DNA of 63,869 nt, the filler included, from Acidimicrobiia bacterium (GTDB taxonomy: Bacteria > Actinomycetota > Acidimicrobiia > Spongiisociales > CAZKJJ01), in the NCBI GenBank assembly GCA_046759765.1. It is 5 parts of 5 records of this genome, joined end to end, with 100 filler letters (N's around TTAATTAATTAA, not from the genome) between each part and the next. Parts side by side here need not be neighbours in the genome. Positions count along the whole stretch, not along the records: positions 51,788 to 63,869 come from JBHICV010000064.1; 4 more parts are not named here. The stretch is one strand, 5' to 3'. Numbering within the stretch: the first letter of the stretch is position 1; each line of letters begins with the position of its first letter. The notes below the pieces were generated by a model that was given only the letters and a program-made list of their open reading frames with translations, made no database searches and was not told the origin of the DNA. Shown here one piece after another: positions 61,073 to 63,869 of this stretch. The translations under genes and the position numbers were made by a program.

Positions 61073-63714
61073 CTTTCGCTCCTTCTCTTGGACTCGGGTA
61101 TCTCGTCGAGGACGTACGTGACGATCTCGTCCAGGCTCATGGCCTGTCCCTCGGCGAGCAGTGCTTCCGCCTGATTGAAGCCGAGAGCGTCGAGAGCATC
61201 ATCCAGGCCGGGTAGGTCGCGGCGAGGGACCTCGGCCAGGCCGGCCCCACTTGTCTCCCGCAACCGGTTGGCGGCGCCCAGAAGCCGAACCGCTCGCTCT
61301 TCCTGGCCATCCTGCAAAGCAAGAGTCGTGAACAGATCGACGTGGAAGAGGACTCCAGTGATATCTCCAACTTCAGCGAAGAGCTGTATCCCTTCCTCCA
61401 GGAGCGGGCGGGCCACCTCGGGTCGTCCGTCGCTGACCTCTACGTTGCCCAACATGTATGAGGCCCACGCGCTGTGGAACGGCTCATCGAGCTCCTGAAA
61501 GAGCTGCCGGCTCTCATCGAATAGCTTCCGCGCCTGGCTCCAGTTCCCGGCGATCCAGCGCGCGCCGGCCAATCCGTACACTGCCTTGGCGATCCCGACC
61601 TGGTCGCCCAGCTCCTGCGAGATGGCGAGACTCTCGCTGTAGAGCTGATCGGCTTTCTCCAAGTCGCCTTCGCTACCGAAGGCGTATGGGTAGCCCAGAT
61701 TGCAAAGAGCGTTGGCGATCTCCTCTTGGTCGCCTGTATTTCTCATCAGGTCGAGGCTCTGCTGGTACAGGTCCCTGGCCGATTCCATGTCCCCTTGCCA
61801 GTAAGCAAGGCCGCCGGCCGCCTCGAGCGCCTTGGCCCGATGACCCAGATCGCCGCCTGGCAACGCGAGTGTCTCACTCAGTCGTTCGGCTGCCTCATAG
61901 AGATGACCCCGGATCTGCCAAAAACGCCACAGAGCAAAGCCAAGCCTCAGGGCCACATCGGTCTCTTGCTGTGCGAGTGCCCAATCGATGGCGGCTCGAA
62001 GGTTGTCGTGCTCTAGCTCGAGCTGTTCGAGCCACCGGACCTGGCCGCGATACAGGAGGTGAGGCTCGGCGTTCTTCGCTAGCTCCAGGTAGGCGAAGGC
62101 GTGCCGACGACGGATCTCGTCGATCTCGCCGAATTCCTCGAGACGCTCCAGGGCGAATTCTCGGATGGTCTCCAACATCAACACTCGAGGCTCTTCGGCT
62201 GCCTCCAGTGCGCGAAGCAGACTCTGATCGATCAGCATCTCGAGGCCCTCGAGCACCTCGACTCCGAGCTCTTCGGAAGGACCACACACCTGCTCGGCCT
62301 GGGTCAGGGAAACGCCGGCCCGAAACACCGACAACCTGGCCAGGAGACGCTGGCCGGGTTCGGAGAGCAGGTCATAGCTCCAGGAGATCGTGTCGCGCAG
62401 AGTCTGCTGTCGTTCTGGCAGATCGCGTACTCCGCCTGACAGCAACTCCAGTCGGCTCTTCAACCGGGAGGCGATGGCCTCCGGACTCAACAGTCTCACC
62501 CTGACGGCGGCGAGCTCGATAGCCAGCGGGAGACCGTCGAGCTGAACCGTGATGGCGGCTACCGCGGGAGCGTTGCCGGCTGTTAATCGAAAGTCGGGCC
62601 GTGCAGCTGAAGCTCGTTCGACGAACAGAGCCACTGCGGCATAGTCCGCAAGCGACTCTGGTGGTTGAGGCCCGTCCAGATCGGGTACAGCCAGGGGAGG
62701 CACCGGTAGCTCCTGCTCCCCTGAAACGTGAAGGACGGCCCGGGATGTGACCAGGGTTTTCAGGCCGGGAACCGCCTGGAGCAGCTCAGACACTTGGGAG
62801 GCTGCGGGCAGGAGCTGTTCGAAGTTATCGAGTACCAGCAGCATCTGTTTGTCGGCCAGATATCTCTTCACGTGATCCAGTGGAGGACCGGACAGCTGGG
62901 TCAGCGCGAGGGAGGTTGCGATTGCGGAAGGAACCAGCTCGGGGTCGGCGATCGGTGCCAACGGAACGAAAAAGACCCCGTGTTTGAACTGTTGTGCTGC
63001 TTCGGCTGCTACCTGAATGGCCAGACGGGTCTTGCCCGTGCCACCGGGTCCTGTGAACGTGAGCAGGCGATTACGACCGAGTAGCTCCACTCCGTTAGCC
63101 AAGTCCCGGTCGCGGCCCAAGAAGCTCGTCAGCTGGACCGGCAGGTTGTTAGGAACGGCGTTCAACGACAAAAGCTCTGGGAACACCGAGGGGAGATCCG
63201 GATGGATCAGCTGATAAACGTGCTCAGCGCGACGCAGATCCTTAAGCCGGTGCTCTCCTAGGTCGGTGAAGTCGGCTCCCTCCGGAGGGTCTTCTTGTAC
63301 CAGGTCCCATGTCGCCTGCGACAACAACACCTGCCCGCCGTGGGCCACCGACATCAGCCGGGCTGCCCGGTTGAGTGGCGGTCCGAAGTAATCGGCGTCG
63401 CGCTCTTCGGCCTCGCCCGTGTGGACTGCGGTGCGGACTCTGACAGATGTTTCGCCCCACTGCTGTTGGGCTATAGCCAGTTGGAGGTCGATCGCCGCGC
63501 CTACGGCTGGCTTGGCGCCTTGAAACGCCGCCGCGAAAGCGTCGCCGGCAGTGGTGAACACGTAGCCCTCGTGATCTTCGATCACCTGCCGGAGGATTTG
63601 GTCGTGGCGTCCGAGCGCCACCTTCATTTCTTCCGGATGTTCTTCCCACAGACGCGTCGAACCCTCGACATCGGTAAAAAGAAACGTGACCGTCCCGGAC
63701 GGCAGCTCAGGCAT
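61069..63714 (-). CDS. Class III nucleotide cyclase-STAND NTPase-TPR protein
   Basis: FLFTDVEGST, GDAF, NRAARL; GPGGTGKT, LVLDNFE, LDGLPLAIELAA; C-terminal TPRs. Confidence 0.92.
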   Translation of the reverse strand: MPELPSGTVTFLFTDVEGSTRLWEEHPEEMKVALGRHDQILRQVIEDHEGYVFTTAGDAFAAAFQGAKPAVGAAIDLQLAIAQQQWGETSVRVRTAVHTGEAEERDADYFGPPLNRAARLMSVAHGGQVLLSQATWDLVQEDPPEGADFTDLGEHRLKDLRRAEHVYQLIHPDLPSVFPELLSLNAVPNNLPVQLTSFLGRDRDLANGVELLGRNRLLTFTGPGGTGKTRLAIQVAAEAAQQFKHGVFFVPLAPIADPELVPSAIATSLALTQLSGPPLDHVKRYLADKQMLLVLDNFEQLLPAASQVSELLQAVPGLKTLVTSRAVLHVSGEQELPVPPLAVPDLDGPQPPESLADYAAVALFVERASAARPDFRLTAGNAPAVAAITVQLDGLPLAIELAAVRVRLLSPEAIASRLKSRLELLSGGVRDLPERQQTLRDTISWSYDLLSEPGQRLLARLSVFRAGVSLTQAEQVCGPSEELGVEVLEGLEMLIDQSLLRALEAAEEPRVLMLETIREFALERLEEFGEIDEIRRRHAFAYLELAKNAEPHLLYRGQVRWLEQLELEHDNLRAAIDWALAQQETDVALRLGFALWRFWQIRGHLYEAAERLSETLALPGGDLGHRAKALEAAGGLAYWQGDMESARDLYQQSLDLMRNTGDQEEIANALCNLGYPYAFGSEGDLEKADQLYSESLAISQELGDQVGIAKAVYGLAGARWIAGNWSQARKLFDESRQLFQELDEPFHSAWASYMLGNVEVSDGRPEVARPLLEEGIQLFAEVGDITGVLFHVDLFTTLALQDGQEERAVRLLGAANRLRETSGAGLAEVPRRDLPGLDDALDALGFNQAEALLAEGQAMSLDEIVTYVLDEIPESKRRSER

Positions 63715-63830
63715 TCTGACCCATTGCGAAAAGGTACACGGCACCCGAGGGTGCCGCCTCTTGAGTCTGACGCCAAGCTTGTACTCTTCAAGCGCTGCTG
63801 GAACAAGAGGCGCATTACAGACCGGAATCG

Positions 63831-63869
63831 GGGCCCGTAGCTCAGTTGGTCAGAGCACCGGACTCATAA
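63831..63869 (+). tRNA. tRNA with CAT anticodon (probably Ile2), truncated at window end
   Basis: GGGCCCG-TA-GCTC-AGTTGGTCA-GAGC-A-CCGGA-CTCATAA; anticodon 63865-63867. Confidence 0.85.

Overview
GC-rich Actinobacteriota DNA, most consistent with class Acidimicrobiia. It consists of five unrelated contigs of about 12-13 kb joined by 100-nt artificial linkers (N44-TTAATTAATTAA-N44), so synteny across linkers is meaningless. Contig 1 (1-13232) is an uncharacterised GntR-associated catabolic cluster: Liv-type ABC permeases, an HPr-kinase-like P-loop protein, a PEP-utiliser phosphohistidine enzyme without an ATP-grasp domain, a tartrate/IPM-type dehydrogenase, cupin, split transketolase, SDR, MBL hydrolase, MFS, Zn-ADH and cyclase. 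Contig 2 carries a caa3 cytochrome oxidase operon, an AlkZ-like glycosylase and a candidate copper-handling operon. Contig 3 is the dnaA-oriC-dnaN-recF-dciA-gyrB-gyrA region plus a cobalamin riboswitch upstream of btuFCD. Contig 4 has uvrB/coaE, a NarL-type two-component system, two Flp pilins and a Tad operon ending in a GT-C-like gene. Contig 5 is a mixed region with an ECF sigma factor, a frameshifted anti-sigma-like gene, a STAND cyclase and a truncated tRNA-CAT. The best finding is a class I SAM methyltransferase (59823-60638) that is continuous through an in-frame Cys-UGA, with a SECIS-like hairpin starting 11 nt after the UGA; it is a probable unannotated selenoprotein. Also notable are a ~50-bp intergenic repeat family with a covarying inner stem (3 copies) and a shared palindromic operator at two promoters of the catabolic cluster.
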